A stretch of DNA of 64,000 nt from Vicinamibacteria bacterium (GCA_964291235.2 OZ219816.1:1408001-1472000), one strand, 5' to 3'. Counted from the first letter of the stretch, positions 31,468 to 42,354 are shown. Notes: generated from the letters alone by a model not told the origin. Translations and numbers: made by a program.

Positions 31468-32295
31468 TCAGCCGGATGGCGGCGAGGCTTGCCGCGCCTC
31501 CGCGAGGATTTGCAGCAGAGCCGGGTGCAGCCGACCGTTCGAAACGGCGATGGTCGGGTCCCCGTTCGAGAACGGCCCGCCGTCGAAATCGGTGACCTGA
31601 CCTCCCGCCTCGCGGACGATGACTTCACCGGCCGCGGTGTCCCAGGCCCGGAGTGTTTCCTCCCAGAACGCGTCGATCCGCCCCGCGGCAACCGAACACA
31701 GATCCAGCGCCGCCGAGCCGGCGCGTCGGACCGCTCGGGCCCGCCGCATGATCCGGACGAACAGCTCCAGCGCCCGGTCCATGGCTTCTTGGGAATACGG
31801 GAACCCCGTCGCGAGCAGGGCGCTTTCGATGGCGGCCGTCCGCGAAACCCGAATCGGAGCACCGTTCAGGTGCGCGCCGGCGTTCTTTTCCGCGGTGAAG
31901 AATTCCTCCCGCACGGGGTCGAGGACCGCGCCGGCGACGACGTCTCCGCCTTCCTCGTAGGCGATCGAGACCGCAAAGACCGGAAACCCGTGGGCAAAGT
32001 TCGTGGTTCCGTCGAGTGGATCCACGATGAAGCGGCACCCCGTCTTCGATCCTCCGACCATGCCGCGCTCTTCCGCAAGAATCGGCACCGACGGCTGCAA
32101 GCGCTGCAGGCACTCGACGATCGCGGTTTCCGCGGCATGATCGACGGCGGTCACCAGGTCGATCGGTCCCTTCAGGTCCACCCCGAAACCGCGCTCCGCC
32201 CGGGCCCGATGCGCTTCGCGGATCACCGCGGCGCCCGCGTGGGCCGCCTCGACGCAGGCCCGGCCGGGCGCCGTCTTCAGCGAAGCCGTCGTCAC
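31468..32295 (-). CDS. suhB: Inositol monophosphatase family
   Basis: DLVT, ILAEE, IVDPLDGTTNFAHG, RRAGSAALDL and WDTAAG motifs. Confidence 0.93.
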   Translation of the reverse strand: MTTASLKTAPGRACVEAAHAGAAVIREAHRARAERGFGVDLKGPIDLVTAVDHAAETAIVECLQRLQPSVPILAEERGMVGGSKTGCRFIVDPLDGTTNFAHGFPVFAVSIAYEEGGDVVAGAVLDPVREEFFTAEKNAGAHLNGAPIRVSRTAAIESALLATGFPYSQEAMDRALELFVRIMRRARAVRRAGSAALDLCSVAAGRIDAFWEETLRAWDTAAGEVIVREAGGQVTDFDGGPFSNGDPTIAVSNGRLHPALLQILAEARQASPPSG

Positions 32296-32747
32296 CGCGA
32301 CCTGGGCACCTGACGCTGGACGAGCACCACGCGCGTACCGCCGCGTTCGGTGCGGGTCCAGGTCACGCCGTCCATGAACTGTCGCATGAAGAAGATGCCG
32401 CGCCCGCTGTCCTTGAGCAGGTTGTCTTCGAGGAGTGGATCCGGAACCTGGGCGGTGTCGAACCCCTCTCCCTCGTCCTCTATCGCAACCTCGACCGCGG
32501 GCCCTCCATCGCTACCGTCGCGGGATTCGATCTCGATCCGCAGCCGCTTCCGGGGATCCATCCGGTTCCCGTGCCGCATACCGTTCGTAACCGCCTCCCG
32601 GACCGCCGCCCCCATCCAATGCGTGGCGTCCGCCTCGTAACCACACTGGGCGCAGTGGCGTTCGAAGACACCCAGTACTACCTCGACCCATTCGATTCGC
32701 GTCTCGACATCCAGCCGAACCGTTACGGGGTGGTCTTCGGGAGTCAC
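32292..32747 (-). CDS. RsbW-like anti-sigma factor / Ser kinase (HATPase_c); appears fused in frame to rng in this assembly
   Basis: AVREAVTNGMRHGN, IEDEGEGFD, VPDPL and SGRGIFFMRQFMD motifs. GTG 32747 overlaps a TGA in another frame. Confidence 0.85.
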   Translation of the reverse strand: MTPEDHPVTVRLDVETRIEWVEVVLGVFERHCAQCGYEADATHWMGAAVREAVTNGMRHGNRMDPRKRLRIEIESRDGSDGGPAVEVAIEDEGEGFDTAQVPDPLLEDNLLKDSGRGIFFMRQFMDGVTWTRTERGGTRVVLVQRQVPRSR

Positions 32748-34349
32748 GCGGACTCCATGGTTGGCTCGGGAGCCGGGTCGGCCAGGAGTTCGGGCGCGGC
32801 CCCGGTCCCGGAGTTGGCACCCGCGTCCGCCGTAGCCTGGCGCCGGAGCGAGTTCGAACTGTGGCTCCGGGAGGGCCGGTGCGTCCTCGATCTCCACCGG
32901 GCCGGCGACCACGGTCCGGATCTGAGGCAGGACAGCCGACCGGCGAAGCGCCGACGCCACCGACGGCGCGGCGCGGATCAGCAACCCGGACGCGAACTGG
33001 GCCGATTTTTTCTGGGCCCGGACCAGCACCTCCTGGCAAACCGCACCAAGCGACCGCACCCGGCCGGATCCCCGGCAGGCAGGGCAGGATGCCAGGAGGG
33101 CGGACTCCAGCGAGGCACGCTCCCGCTTCCGGGTGACGATCACCAGTCCGGCCCGCGATTCCGGCGGAGCTACCCGCGTGAAGGCGGGGTCCCGGCGTAA
33201 CTCGGCCTGCAGCGAGCGGAACACCCGATCCCGATTTCGTCCCTCCTTCATGTCGATGAAGTCGATCACGATGATCCCGCCGAGCCCGCGCAACCGCAGT
33301 TGCCGTGCGGTCTCCACCGCTGCCTCGAGGTTGGTGATGGTGTTCGTCTCGTCCCGCTCGCCGGTATCGCCGCTGAAACTACCGGTGTTCACGTCCACGG
33401 CGACCAGCGCTTCCGTCTGGTCGATGATGATGGAGCCGCCGGAGGGGAGACGCACCCGCCGCCGGGTTGCCTGCTCGAAGGCAACCTCGACGCCGTACTC
33501 CTCGAAGATCGGGTAGTTGCGGGAGTAGAGCCGGACCTTGTGTTCCATTCCCGGGAGGAACTGGCGAATGAAGTTCACCATCCGGCCGTACAGGGTTTCG
33601 CTGTCCACCCGAATCACGCTGAATCCGGACGACAACACGTCCCGGATGTAGCGGAACACCATGGACACATCGGCGCGCAGGCAGACTGGAGGCCCGGAAA
33701 GGCTCTCCTTGCGAATCTGCGCCCAATCGGCCTCCAGACGGGTTATGTCGGCCGCGAGGTTGTCTTCGTCGCGCTGCTCCGCCGTTGAGCGCGCCACCCA
33801 TTCCCCTTTCAGAGTGCTCCGGCGCTCGACCAGGGCCCCAATGCGGAGTTGTTCGCGGGGTCCCGCGGTGGCGCGCGAAGTGATCACCCCGGTGGGTGCA
33901 AAGGGTCGGAAATCGAAGAAACGCCCCTGCAGGTTGAGGTCGCAACTGACCTTGTAACCCTTGGGCCCCAGAGGCTCCCGGACCACCTGCACCAATACGG
34001 ACTGCCCGGCGCGCAGCACGTTCTCGAGTCGCGGTACCGAATCCCCGGATCCGCTTCCGGACGCCGCGGTGTCCTTGCCGGTATCCGCCACCCGGCCTTC
34101 GCCGCGCCAGGCCTCGAGCACCCCTTTGGGAATCTGGTCGATCTGCAGGAAGGCGTTCCGGTGGAGCCCGATGTCCAGGAAGGCCGCCTGGGTACTCGGC
34201 ACCACCCGCTGCACCCGCCCCCGGTAGATTCCGTGCAACACGCTCTGGTCGGAGCGGTGTTCGACGCCGAGTTCCACCACCACCCCCTCCTCGAGGAGGG
34301 CCATCCGGGTCTCTCCCGGAAGGCTGGTGACGATCAGTTCTCGATACAC
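32744..34349 (-). CDS. rng: Ribonuclease E/G family (RNase G), with a probable frameshift near 32835
   Basis: S1 domain IYRGRVQRV...AAFLDIG, TEALVAVDVNTG, QLRLRGLGGIIVIDFIDM and CPACRGSG. The natural-looking tail ATADAG...PTMESA* lies in the adjacent frame. Confidence 0.92.
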
Positions 34350-34425
34350 AAATACAGGATGGGACGGCGTGAGGTTCGCCGAAACCGTAGCACGGCAACG
34401 CCCGGACCGGCCGGTCGCCGGGCCG

Positions 34426-35529
34426 TCAGGTGAGGAAGTTTCGGCGGCGCACCGAAGCGGCCAATCCGATGGCCGCCGCCGCTATCAGCAGCGAATTGCC
34501 CCCGTAGCTCATAAAGGGCAACGGGAACCCCTTGATGGGCACAATCCCCGCCACCATGGCGATGTTGTAAAGCGCCTGGAGGTGGAGCATGAGGAAAAAC
34601 CCGCCCACCAGCAGGGCTCCCGCCGGATCCTTGTTCTCGACCGCTTCCACGGCAATCTGAAGAAGCCGAATGCCGAGGATCAGATAGAGGCCGAGGACGA
34701 CGACGACCCCCAGAAACCCGAATTCCTCAGCAAGCACGGCGAACACGAAGTCGGTGTGCGGAGCGGGAAGGAACTGGAGACCCGTTTGCGAGCCCTGGAG
34801 CCAACCGGCGCCGAAGAGGCCTCCGGACCCGACCGCGATGGAGGCTTGCAGCGTCTGATACCCGGCGCCCAACGGATCGCTCTCCGGATTCAGGAAAGAC
34901 AGGACCCGGAGCCGCTGGTAGTCGCGCAGGCCGAACACCCAGATCAGCGGCAGCGCCATCGCGGCGAATCCGCTCCCGGCCAGGAGCCAGCGTCGGGACA
35001 TGGACACGCCGCTGAAGAAACCCATCCCCACGCCGATTCCGACCAGAATCGCCGCGCTTCCCAGATCCGGTTGAGCCGCCACCGCCAGGACGAGAGCAGC
35101 GGCTGCCGCGACCCAGCCGACCGTCGCACGGCGGCTGAGCGGCTCATGTCCGGAGCGCGCCACCAGATGCGCCAGCAAGAGCACGAGGGAGATCTTCGCG
35201 AGTTCGCCGGGCTGGACGGTCAGCGCCCCCACCTCCAGCCAGCGACGGGTTCCCGCGCGGAGCGCCCCCGAAGTGGTGGCGATCGCACTCAGCGCGAGCG
35301 CCAGGAGAAAAAGCGCCGGGGAGAGCCGGGCGATCCGGCGATGATCCATGTGGTAAGCGGCGACTCCGACGATCAGGGCCAGGCCCAGTCGGATGAGATG
35401 CGCACTGAGGGTCGCCCCCGAACCGACGCCTCGGAGGGCGCTTTCCAGCACCAGGACCGCTATCAGCGCGAGAAGCCCGACACAGACGAGGAGCACGCGA
35501 TCCGCGCCTCCGCGCGCCCTCAGCTCCAT
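34426..35529 (-). CDS. rodA: Rod shape-determining protein RodA (SEDS)
   Basis: RRWL, QPGELAK, QPDLG, DPLGAGYQ, IAVGSGG, HTDFVFAVLAEEFG and PFMSYGG motifs; follows mrdA. Confidence 0.93.
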   Translation of the reverse strand: MELRARGGADRVLLVCVGLLALIAVLVLESALRGVGSGATLSAHLIRLGLALIVGVAAYHMDHRRIARLSPALFLLALALSAIATTSGALRAGTRRWLEVGALTVQPGELAKISLVLLLAHLVARSGHEPLSRRATVGWVAAAAALVLAVAAQPDLGSAAILVGIGVGMGFFSGVSMSRRWLLAGSGFAAMALPLIWVFGLRDYQRLRVLSFLNPESDPLGAGYQTLQASIAVGSGGLFGAGWLQGSQTGLQFLPAPHTDFVFAVLAEEFGFLGVVVVLGLYLILGIRLLQIAVEAVENKDPAGALLVGGFFLMLHLQALYNIAMVAGIVPIKGFPLPFMSYGGNSLLIAAAAIGLAASVRRRNFLT

Positions 35530-35608
35530 GACGCCCTTCCCTTGCCCGCCGGGCCCCGACCCCCGCGCCGGCGCCGCGGAACCACATGCCGAAGTTCGCG
35601 TCGAAGAC

Positions 35609-37384
35609 TCACCGGTCCCCTCCGGCGCCGCCGGCCACCCGCGTATCCGGGGTGTCCTCGAAGAAAGTCCGCAGAATCTCTCCCCCGATCGGAGCCGCCG
35701 CAGCCCCTCCAGCGCCGCCGTGCTCGACGATCACCGCCACCGCGATCTCCGGCTCGTCGAACGGTGCGAAGCCCACGAACCAGGCGTGGGTCCGCAACTC
35801 GTAGGGACGATCCTCGTTGTTGGCGGCCACCAAATCGGCGCTCGCCACCTGCGCGGTCCCGGTCTTGCCGGCAACCGCAGCGGTGGGAATCCTGGCTCGC
35901 CAGGCGGTTCCCGACAGCACCGCGTCCCGCATGCCGTCGCGGATTACCTCGAAGTGCTCGGGCCGGACACCCCCCACCTCTCCGGGGGAAGCGTCCCCGA
36001 CGAATCGCGGGGTCGGAATCCTCCCGGACGAAGCGACCGCCGCGACCAGCCGCGCCATCTGCATCGGCGTCACCGAAACCGCTCCCTGGCCGACCGAAAC
36101 GGATGCCGTCTCGCTGGCGTACCAGCGCTCCCCGGTGACCCGCCGTTTCCATTCACGGGTCGGAACGAGGCCGCTGGCCTCATTCCTGAGGTCCACTCCA
36201 GTGGCCTCCCCGAGCCCGAAGGCCCGGGCATAGGACGCGATCACGTCCACATCGAGCGCTTCTGACAGCCGATAGAAGAACACGTTGCACGATTTGGAAA
36301 TCGCCTCGCGAAGCGTCAACGCGCCGTGACCTTGCGCTCGGTGGCACCGGAAGGTTCGGCCGGCCACCCGGGCTCTGCCGTTGCAGGTGAGTCGGGTCTC
36401 CGGCCCCACCACCCCTTCGCCAAGTCCCGCCGCGGCGGTGACCAATTTGAAGGACGACCCAGGGGGATATCGGCCCTGCACCGCCCGGTTCAGGAGCGGT
36501 GTCGCGGGGCTGGCGAGCATTTCGCGGAATTTCACCGCGTCGCCACGAAACTCCTCGGGATTCTCCGCCGGATAGCTACCCAAACCCAGCACCGCGCCGG
36601 TCCGCACGTCGAGCGCCACAAACGCGCCGCGCTGATCCGCGAAAGCCCGGTGGGCCGTTTCCTGCAGGGCCCCAATGACATTGAGTTGCAGCGTTTCGCC
36701 GCGTACCGGCTCCGTCCTGCGAAGCCCGCCGGAAACCAGAACGCGCTGGCGACTGTCAACCACCCGGTCCAGATATCCGTCAGAACCCAGCAGGATGTGG
36801 TTGTAGAAGCGTTCGATGCCGTCCTGGCCCACCAGATCACCCGAAGCCGACGTCACGAACTCCTCCAGCAGGAGCTGGGCCGCGGTGACCTCTCCCACGT
36901 ACCCGAGCAGGTGGGCGGTTGCCTGACCGAGGGGGTAATCGCGCGCCGGTACGAACTCCACCCGAACGCCCGGCAATTCGCGCCGCCGGGCTTCGAAGAA
37001 CGCCGCTTCCGAGAACGGGATGCCGGAGCGCACGACCGCCGGACCACGGGCGGCTCGCGCCTCGAGATCGGCACGGTTTTCGTCGTCGATCGCCAGGAGG
37101 CCGATGTCTTCGAGCTGACGGAGTCCCGATTCGTCGGCCAGCAGGGTGAACGAAGGCTCGCTTCTGGCGAGCACTTCTCCTCGTTGATCCACGACCAACC
37201 CGCGAGGAGCACGGCGACGCTCGGTCTGGAGGTAGTTGTCCCGCGCCAGGCCGCTGAACTCATCACCGCGAACGATCTGAAGTTGCCAGAAGCGGACCGT
37301 CAACAAGATGACAATTGCCCACAGCGGATAACGAGCGATGGACAGCCGCCGGCGGATGCGGGAGAGATGCTCGGTGTAAATCAC
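35609..37384 (-). CDS. mrdA: Penicillin-binding protein 2
   Basis: LQIVRG, APRG, HLLGYVG, YPPGSSFK (SxxK), SCN and KTGTAQ motifs. Confidence 0.95.
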   Translation of the reverse strand: MIYTEHLSRIRRRLSIARYPLWAIVILLTVRFWQLQIVRGDEFSGLARDNYLQTERRRAPRGLVVDQRGEVLARSEPSFTLLADESGLRQLEDIGLLAIDDENRADLEARAARGPAVVRSGIPFSEAAFFEARRRELPGVRVEFVPARDYPLGQATAHLLGYVGEVTAAQLLLEEFVTSASGDLVGQDGIERFYNHILLGSDGYLDRVVDSRQRVLVSGGLRRTEPVRGETLQLNVIGALQETAHRAFADQRGAFVALDVRTGAVLGLGSYPAENPEEFRGDAVKFREMLASPATPLLNRAVQGRYPPGSSFKLVTAAAGLGEGVVGPETRLTCNGRARVAGRTFRCHRAQGHGALTLREAISKSCNVFFYRLSEALDVDVIASYARAFGLGEATGVDLRNEASGLVPTREWKRRVTGERWYASETASVSVGQGAVSVTPMQMARLVAAVASSGRIPTPRFVGDASPGEVGGVRPEHFEVIRDGMRDAVLSGTAWRARIPTAAVAGKTGTAQVASADLVAANNEDRPYELRTHAWFVGFAPFDEPEIAVAVIVEHGGAGGAAAAPIGGEILRTFFEDTPDTRVAGGAGGDR

Positions 37385-37418
37385 GGGGAAACTCGCCCGC
37401 GCTCCGGTGGGAACTTCG

Positions 37419-37904
37419 TCATGGCGCCTCGTAACCCGTGGCCTTCGGGCGCAGGAAACGGACCACGAGAAGGCCGTAGGTCACGGTGATGGGAATTCCG
37501 AACGCTGGCGCCCCCAGTTCCCGGAAAGGAATCGTGGTGAATCCCGCGACTTCGCCCAACGCCCAGAGAATCAGCAAATCGGCGACGGCGGCAAACAGCA
37601 GCAGGACCGGCACACCCAGGGTCGTGTCCAGCGGAGGACGCTGGTGGGCGCGGGCTGCTGCAAAGACAACGAGCGTCTTGGAAAAACCGTTCATTCCCAG
37701 GAGGCCGCCCGAAAAGGAGTCCTGCAGGAGCCCCGTAACCAACCCTACTCCGATCGCCGGCCCGGGGCCGGCGAGGAGCGCCACCGCGGCGGCGGTCGCG
37801 AGCAGCAGGTCCGGCGTCACCCCGTCGAACCCGAGTTGCGGCAGGACCGCCGTCTGAAGCAGAAAAGCCGCGATCAGGGCGCCCGAGGCTCGCAGATAGC
37901 TCAT
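37419..37904 (-). CDS. mreD: Rod shape-determining protein MreD
   Basis: Hydrophobic, with PDLLL...GLLQD..SG..LG; lies between mreC and mrdA. Confidence 0.88.
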   Translation of the reverse strand: MSYLRASGALIAAFLLQTAVLPQLGFDGVTPDLLLATAAAVALLAGPGPAIGVGLVTGLLQDSFSGGLLGMNGFSKTLVVFAAARAHQRPPLDTTLGVPVLLLFAAVADLLILWALGEVAGFTTIPFRELGAPAFGIPITVTYGLLVVRFLRPKATGYEAP

Positions 37905-37913
37905 CGCCCGTGA

Positions 37914-38750
37914 TCAGCGTTCCATCACCCAGCTGATTTCGCTTCGCGGCTCGAGGATGAACAACCGCTCAAGAGCGTCGAAATTCACGGCCGGTTCGAC
38001 GGCGATCTCGAGGAGCAATCCGGCTCCCTGGTCAACCCGGGACACCCGTCCCACCAGCAGGCCTTTCGGAAACATGCCGTCGAGTCCGCTGGAAATCACG
38101 TCTTCTCCGACCCCGACCGGCTGGCCTACCGGGACAAAATGCAGGCGGTACCCGTCTGTTGCATCGTCGCCGTCGGCGGCACGAACCACCCCACGGGTGC
38201 GGCTCGATGAGGTGATCGCCGCGACGGCCGCCGTGGAGGCCGAAAGCAACTCCACCTGACTGATCGCGGGCCCGACAGTCACCACGCGCCCGATCAGTCC
38301 GGTTGCCGCCATCACCGGGGAATCCCTCTCAACGCCGTGCCGGCTTCCCCGGTTCACCGTAACCGTCCGATCCAGCGGTGAGGCGCTCACCCCAACCACC
38401 TCCGCCGAAACCGGTTCCCCGAGTCCCATCGCCTCGGCATCCAGACTCGTGAATCCGCGGGCGCGTTCCAGCATCCCGCGCTGCACCGTCAGTTCCCATT
38501 CCAGCCGCGCCACCCGATCCTGGAGCAAATCGCGGGCGAGCCGCATCTCCTGCGCCTCGCGGACCGTGGCAGCCCACGACGAAACCGCCCTCGCCGAATC
38601 GACGACGAGGCTCTGGCCACCCCCGAAAACCGCAGCCAGCCCCTCGCGAATCGGCACGCCGATGCCGCTGCGCACCTGGAAGGTAAGCCCCAGGAAGTTC
38701 GCGGCCAACACGATCCCCAGAATGACTCCGTGGCCGCGTTTTCCGGGCAT
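37914..38750 (-). CDS. mreC: Rod shape-determining protein MreC
   Basis: TM segment plus coiled coil, VNRGSRHGV, GLIGRV, SSGLDGMFPKGLLVG and PAVNF motifs. Confidence 0.92.
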   Translation of the reverse strand: MPGKRGHGVILGIVLAANFLGLTFQVRSGIGVPIREGLAAVFGGGQSLVVDSARAVSSWAATVREAQEMRLARDLLQDRVARLEWELTVQRGMLERARGFTSLDAEAMGLGEPVSAEVVGVSASPLDRTVTVNRGSRHGVERDSPVMAATGLIGRVVTVGPAISQVELLSASTAAVAAITSSSRTRGVVRAADGDDATDGYRLHFVPVGQPVGVGEDVISSGLDGMFPKGLLVGRVSRVDQGAGLLLEIAVEPAVNFDALERLFILEPRSEISWVMER

Positions 38751-38800
38751 CGCCTAGGTCTCCTCCTGCTAGGGCTGCTTTCCTGCCTGCATAGGGCCCC

Positions 38801-39829
38801 TTACCCCCCGTGCCTTGAAACCTGCTGGAGCAGATCCATGCGCTCCAGCATCACGCCGGCGCCGTTCACCACGCAGTCGAGAGGGTGCTCGGCAACCTTG
38901 ACCGCCAGGTTCGTTTCGTCGGCCAGGAGTTCCGGGAGTCCTTCAAGCAGCGCTCCCCCGCCGGTCAGGAGGATGCCATTCTCCACCAGGTCCGCCGAGA
39001 GCTCCGGTTCGACTTTTTCGAGCACATTCGCTACCGCAGCGAGCAACTGGTGGAGCGGTCCGCTCAAACCCTCGCGGATGTCCTGGTCGGTCACGGTCAG
39101 CGTGGCCGGCGAGAGCCGCGACAGGTCCCGTCCGCGGATTTCCATGCTCCGCGCCTGCATCCCCGGCCGGGCGCTGCCGAGCGCCATCTTGATCCGTTCC
39201 CCCGTGCGCTCACCAACCAGGAGCCCGTGGGCCCGGCGCAGGTGCTCGATGATCCCCTGGGTGAACATGTCGCCGGCCGCGCGGACCGAGGTGCCGGCCG
39301 CGATGCCGGACAGCGAAATGACCGCGATATCCGTCGTCCCTCCGCCGATGTCCACCACGCAGCATCCGATGGGAGTCGTCACGTCGAGTCCGGCGCCGAT
39401 AGCGGCCGCGATCGGCTGCTGCACCAGGAAGACCTCGCTGGCCCTTGCACGGAGCACGCTGTCGCGCACCGCGCGGCGCTCCACCGGGGTGATCCGCAGG
39501 GGAACGCCCACGACCATGCGAGGCGCCGCCCAACGCCGCCGGCCCAGTGCCTTCTGGACGAAGTGGCTGATCATCCGCTCGGCGGCTTCGAAATCGGCGA
39601 TCACTCCGTCCTGCATGGGCCGGATGGCCTTGATGTGGTCCGGAGTCTTCCCGACCATGTCGTACGCCTCGGCCCCGACCGCCTCTACCCGCTTGGTGAC
39701 CGTGTTCATGGCCACCACCGAGGGCTCGCGCAGAATGATCCCGGAATCCTGGGTGTAGATAAGGGTGTTGGCGGTCCCGAGGTCCACCGCGAGATCAACG
39801 GAAAAGAGACTGAGTAAGTATTTGAGCAT
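38801..39829 (-). CDS. mreB: Actin-like MreB
   Basis: DLGTANT, EPSVVA, PMQDGVIADF, DIGGGTT and LTGGGALL motifs. Confidence 0.95.
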   Translation of the reverse strand: MLKYLLSLFSVDLAVDLGTANTLIYTQDSGIILREPSVVAMNTVTKRVEAVGAEAYDMVGKTPDHIKAIRPMQDGVIADFEAAERMISHFVQKALGRRRWAAPRMVVGVPLRITPVERRAVRDSVLRARASEVFLVQQPIAAAIGAGLDVTTPIGCCVVDIGGGTTDIAVISLSGIAAGTSVRAAGDMFTQGIIEHLRRAHGLLVGERTGERIKMALGSARPGMQARSMEIRGRDLSRLSPATLTVTDQDIREGLSGPLHQLLAAVANVLEKVEPELSADLVENGILLTGGGALLEGLPELLADETNLAVKVAEHPLDCVVNGAGVMLERMDLLQQVSRHGG

Positions 39830-40011
39830 CAGGCGGAGCTGGAAAACGGGGCGGGTTACTGGAAACCGGGCGTCCCAAGAAGGGGATGCGGCGCACGCGC
39901 CGCCATCCTAGAGATTACCAGCCAAGCGGTCACCGCGACAGTCTCAATTCAGGCATCGCCACCCGAGAGTTTGCCGACGGCCATCCGACAGCGGTACCAT
40001 GGCCGGTTGCC

Positions 40012-41913
40012 ATGATCCTCGAGTACTTTCGCAATCGCCGGTCGGTCGGTTGGTTCGTCGGCGCCGGCCTGCTCGCGCTGGTCATTCTGGCGTTCGTCGC
40101 CCTCTATTTCCCCGATTTCATGGGGGATCCCGCGACCGCGGCGATGCGCCGGGGCGTGGCCTGGGTGGACGGCGATGCCATCCCCGCGTCCAACTTCCTG
40201 GACCGCTACCGGAACGTCGCCCGTGTGTACCAGGAGCAGAGCGGCGGGGACTTTTCTCCCGCACTGGCGCGGCAGCTTGGCATTCCGGAGCAGGTGGTGG
40301 GCGAACTGGTGCGCAGCCGGGTTCTCGTCCTGGAAGCCGAACGTCTCGGGCTGCAGGTCACGAACGCCGAGGTCGGAACAAGCATCGCCACATCTCCCAC
40401 ATTCCAGGAGAACGGGGTGTTCATTGGCCGCGACGCCTACCTCGGCATGTTACGCGCCGCCCGGCTGAACCCGAGAGATTTCGAGGATTCCATCCGCTCC
40501 GATCTGTTGACGCAGAAACTGCAACTCCTGATCACGGAATCGCCGCACGTGTCCGATCTCGAACTTCGTGAGGAATATCGGCGCCGCAACGAAAACGCCT
40601 CGCTCGACATCTGGTTCGTGACCACCGACAGCCGGCGCGGGGAAGTACAGGTCTCCGAAGCGGAGGCGAGGGAGCGCTATGACGCCGCTCCGGAGGCGTT
40701 CGAAGTTCCCGAACAGCGGCGTATCCGTTACTTGACGCTTTCCGAACAGACCCTCGCCGAGGAAATCACGGTTCGGCAGCGCGAGATCCAGCGCTACTAC
40801 AACCGCAACCTCTTCCAGTATCAGTCCGGCGAGCAGGCGGAGGCCAGCCACATCCTGCTGCAGGCCGAATCCGAGAACGACGAAGAGGCCACCCGCACGC
40901 TGGCCGCGCGTCTCGCCGAGCGCGCCCGGGAGGGCGAGGACTTCGCGGAACTCGCGCGTACCTACTCCGCCGACGAGGCGACCCGGGAGGCGGGCGGGGC
41001 TCTTGGTGTCTTCGGGCCGGAAGAGATGGTGCCGGAGTTTTCCGAGGCGGTCTTCAGCATGATGCCCGGTGAGATCAGCGATCCGGTCCGCACCGACTAC
41101 GGGTATCACGTCGTCCGGCTCGATAGCCGCCAGGTGGCCGAGACCCGGGAGTTGAGCGAGGTGGAAGGAGAAATCGAAAGCCGGCTCCGGCAGGAGAAAG
41201 CCGCTTCCCTCCTGACCGAGCGGGTCCTCGAACTCGAGGAGCGCGCCGACGGCGCCGATTCACTCGATCAACTCGCGAGCGACTATCCGCTGCTGATTCC
41301 TCAGGAGTCGGATTTTCTTTCCCCGGGTGCCTCCGTGGCCGGTTCCGGCTCGGAGGGACTGTCAACGCTCGCTTTCGACCTCGACATCGGCGGCGTGGGC
41401 GGCCCGGTCCGGCTGCCGACGGGGTACGCCTTCATCGAGGTGATCGAGGAGCGGCCGCCGCACGTCCCCGAATTCGACGAGATCCGGGAGCAGGTGATTG
41501 CCGAACTCGAGGAAGAACAGGCCCAATCACTTGCCGAGGCAGCCGGCCGGGAACTTCGGGACCGCATCGCGGACGGCCAGACCGCAGACACCGATCCCAC
41601 CCCGCTCGAGCGCTGGTTCCGCGGCAGTCCGCTGGGCGTTGCCGGGATGATCCCGGGGGCGGAGGAAACGGTCTTCGGAGCCGAGGTCGGAGCCGTCGTC
41701 GGTCCTCTGGAGACGAGCCGGGGGTATGCCGTGGTCCGCATCAACGCCCGGGAAGGGTTCTCGGAGGCCGCCTTCGAAGAGCAGCAGGAACCCTTCCGGG
41801 CGCAAATGGCCGAAGAGAAGAAGCAACGCATCTGGGCCGCTTTCGTGAGCGCGGCCGGCGAGCGCTACGAAATCCGTATCGACCGCCAGGCTCTCAACGA
41901 CCTGATCGGGTGA
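40012..41913 (+). CDS. PpiD/SurA-family membrane-anchored peptidyl-prolyl isomerase/chaperone
   Basis: N-terminal TM segment, SurA_N domain and parvulin ASHILL...FAELARTYSAD...GGALG...MVPEF...GYHVV. Confidence 0.9.
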   Translation: MILEYFRNRRSVGWFVGAGLLALVILAFVALYFPDFMGDPATAAMRRGVAWVDGDAIPASNFLDRYRNVARVYQEQSGGDFSPALARQLGIPEQVVGELVRSRVLVLEAERLGLQVTNAEVGTSIATSPTFQENGVFIGRDAYLGMLRAARLNPRDFEDSIRSDLLTQKLQLLITESPHVSDLELREEYRRRNENASLDIWFVTTDSRRGEVQVSEAEARERYDAAPEAFEVPEQRRIRYLTLSEQTLAEEITVRQREIQRYYNRNLFQYQSGEQAEASHILLQAESENDEEATRTLAARLAERAREGEDFAELARTYSADEATREAGGALGVFGPEEMVPEFSEAVFSMMPGEISDPVRTDYGYHVVRLDSRQVAETRELSEVEGEIESRLRQEKAASLLTERVLELEERADGADSLDQLASDYPLLIPQESDFLSPGASVAGSGSEGLSTLAFDLDIGGVGGPVRLPTGYAFIEVIEERPPHVPEFDEIREQVIAELEEEQAQSLAEAAGRELRDRIADGQTADTDPTPLERWFRGSPLGVAGMIPGAEETVFGAEVGAVVGPLETSRGYAVVRINAREGFSEAAFEEQQEPFRAQMAEEKKQRIWAAFVSAAGERYEIRIDRQALNDLIG

Positions 41914-42006
41914 GCGTCGCAACACCCCAGGCGCCGACAGGTCCCTCCGCAAGACGTCACCAGCCGGTGGTGAAAACCGCTACCTCTTCTCCCCTTCGAG
42001 GCGCTT

Positions 42007-42354
42007 ATGCAACTTGATCTCAAGGAACGATCCGGCGTATCACTGCTCCAGTTGAACGGCCGGCTGGTCGATGGCCACGGCGACCGCGAACTGCGAGAAG
42101 CGGTGGATGTCCTCGTCGATTCCGGACGCACCCGCATCGTGGTGGATCTCAGCGGGGTCAGCGCCATCGACAGCGCCGGCCTCGGAGAACTCGTGGCCTC
42201 CGCCCGGCGGGTGGCTCGCGCGGGCGGCGCCCTGAAGGCGCTCCATCCGCGCGAGCGGGTCGCCCACGTGATGAACGTCGCGCGGGTCCTGCCTCTGTTC
42301 GAAGTGTTCGAGACCGAAGACCAGGCCGTGTCCAGCTTCGGGACGGACGGCTGA
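42007..42354 (+). CDS. STAS-domain anti-sigma factor antagonist (RsbV/SpoIIAA-like)
   Basis: L.GRL, VVDLSGVSAIDSAGLGELV (with the phospho-acceptor Ser) and FEVFETEDQAV motifs. Confidence 0.9.
   Translation: MQLDLKERSGVSLLQLNGRLVDGHGDRELREAVDVLVDSGRTRIVVDLSGVSAIDSAGLGELVASARRVARAGGALKALHPRERVAHVMNVARVLPLFEVFETEDQAVSSFGTDG

Noticed and set aside
32292-34349. Apparent 685-aa RNase G-RsbW fusion protein
   Set aside because: The linker reads as off-frame sequence. The adjacent frame gives a natural tail (ATADAGANSG...PTMESA*) whose TGA overlaps the rsbW GTG (GTGA), the coupling pattern used throughout this window. A single indel near 32835 explains the fusion.
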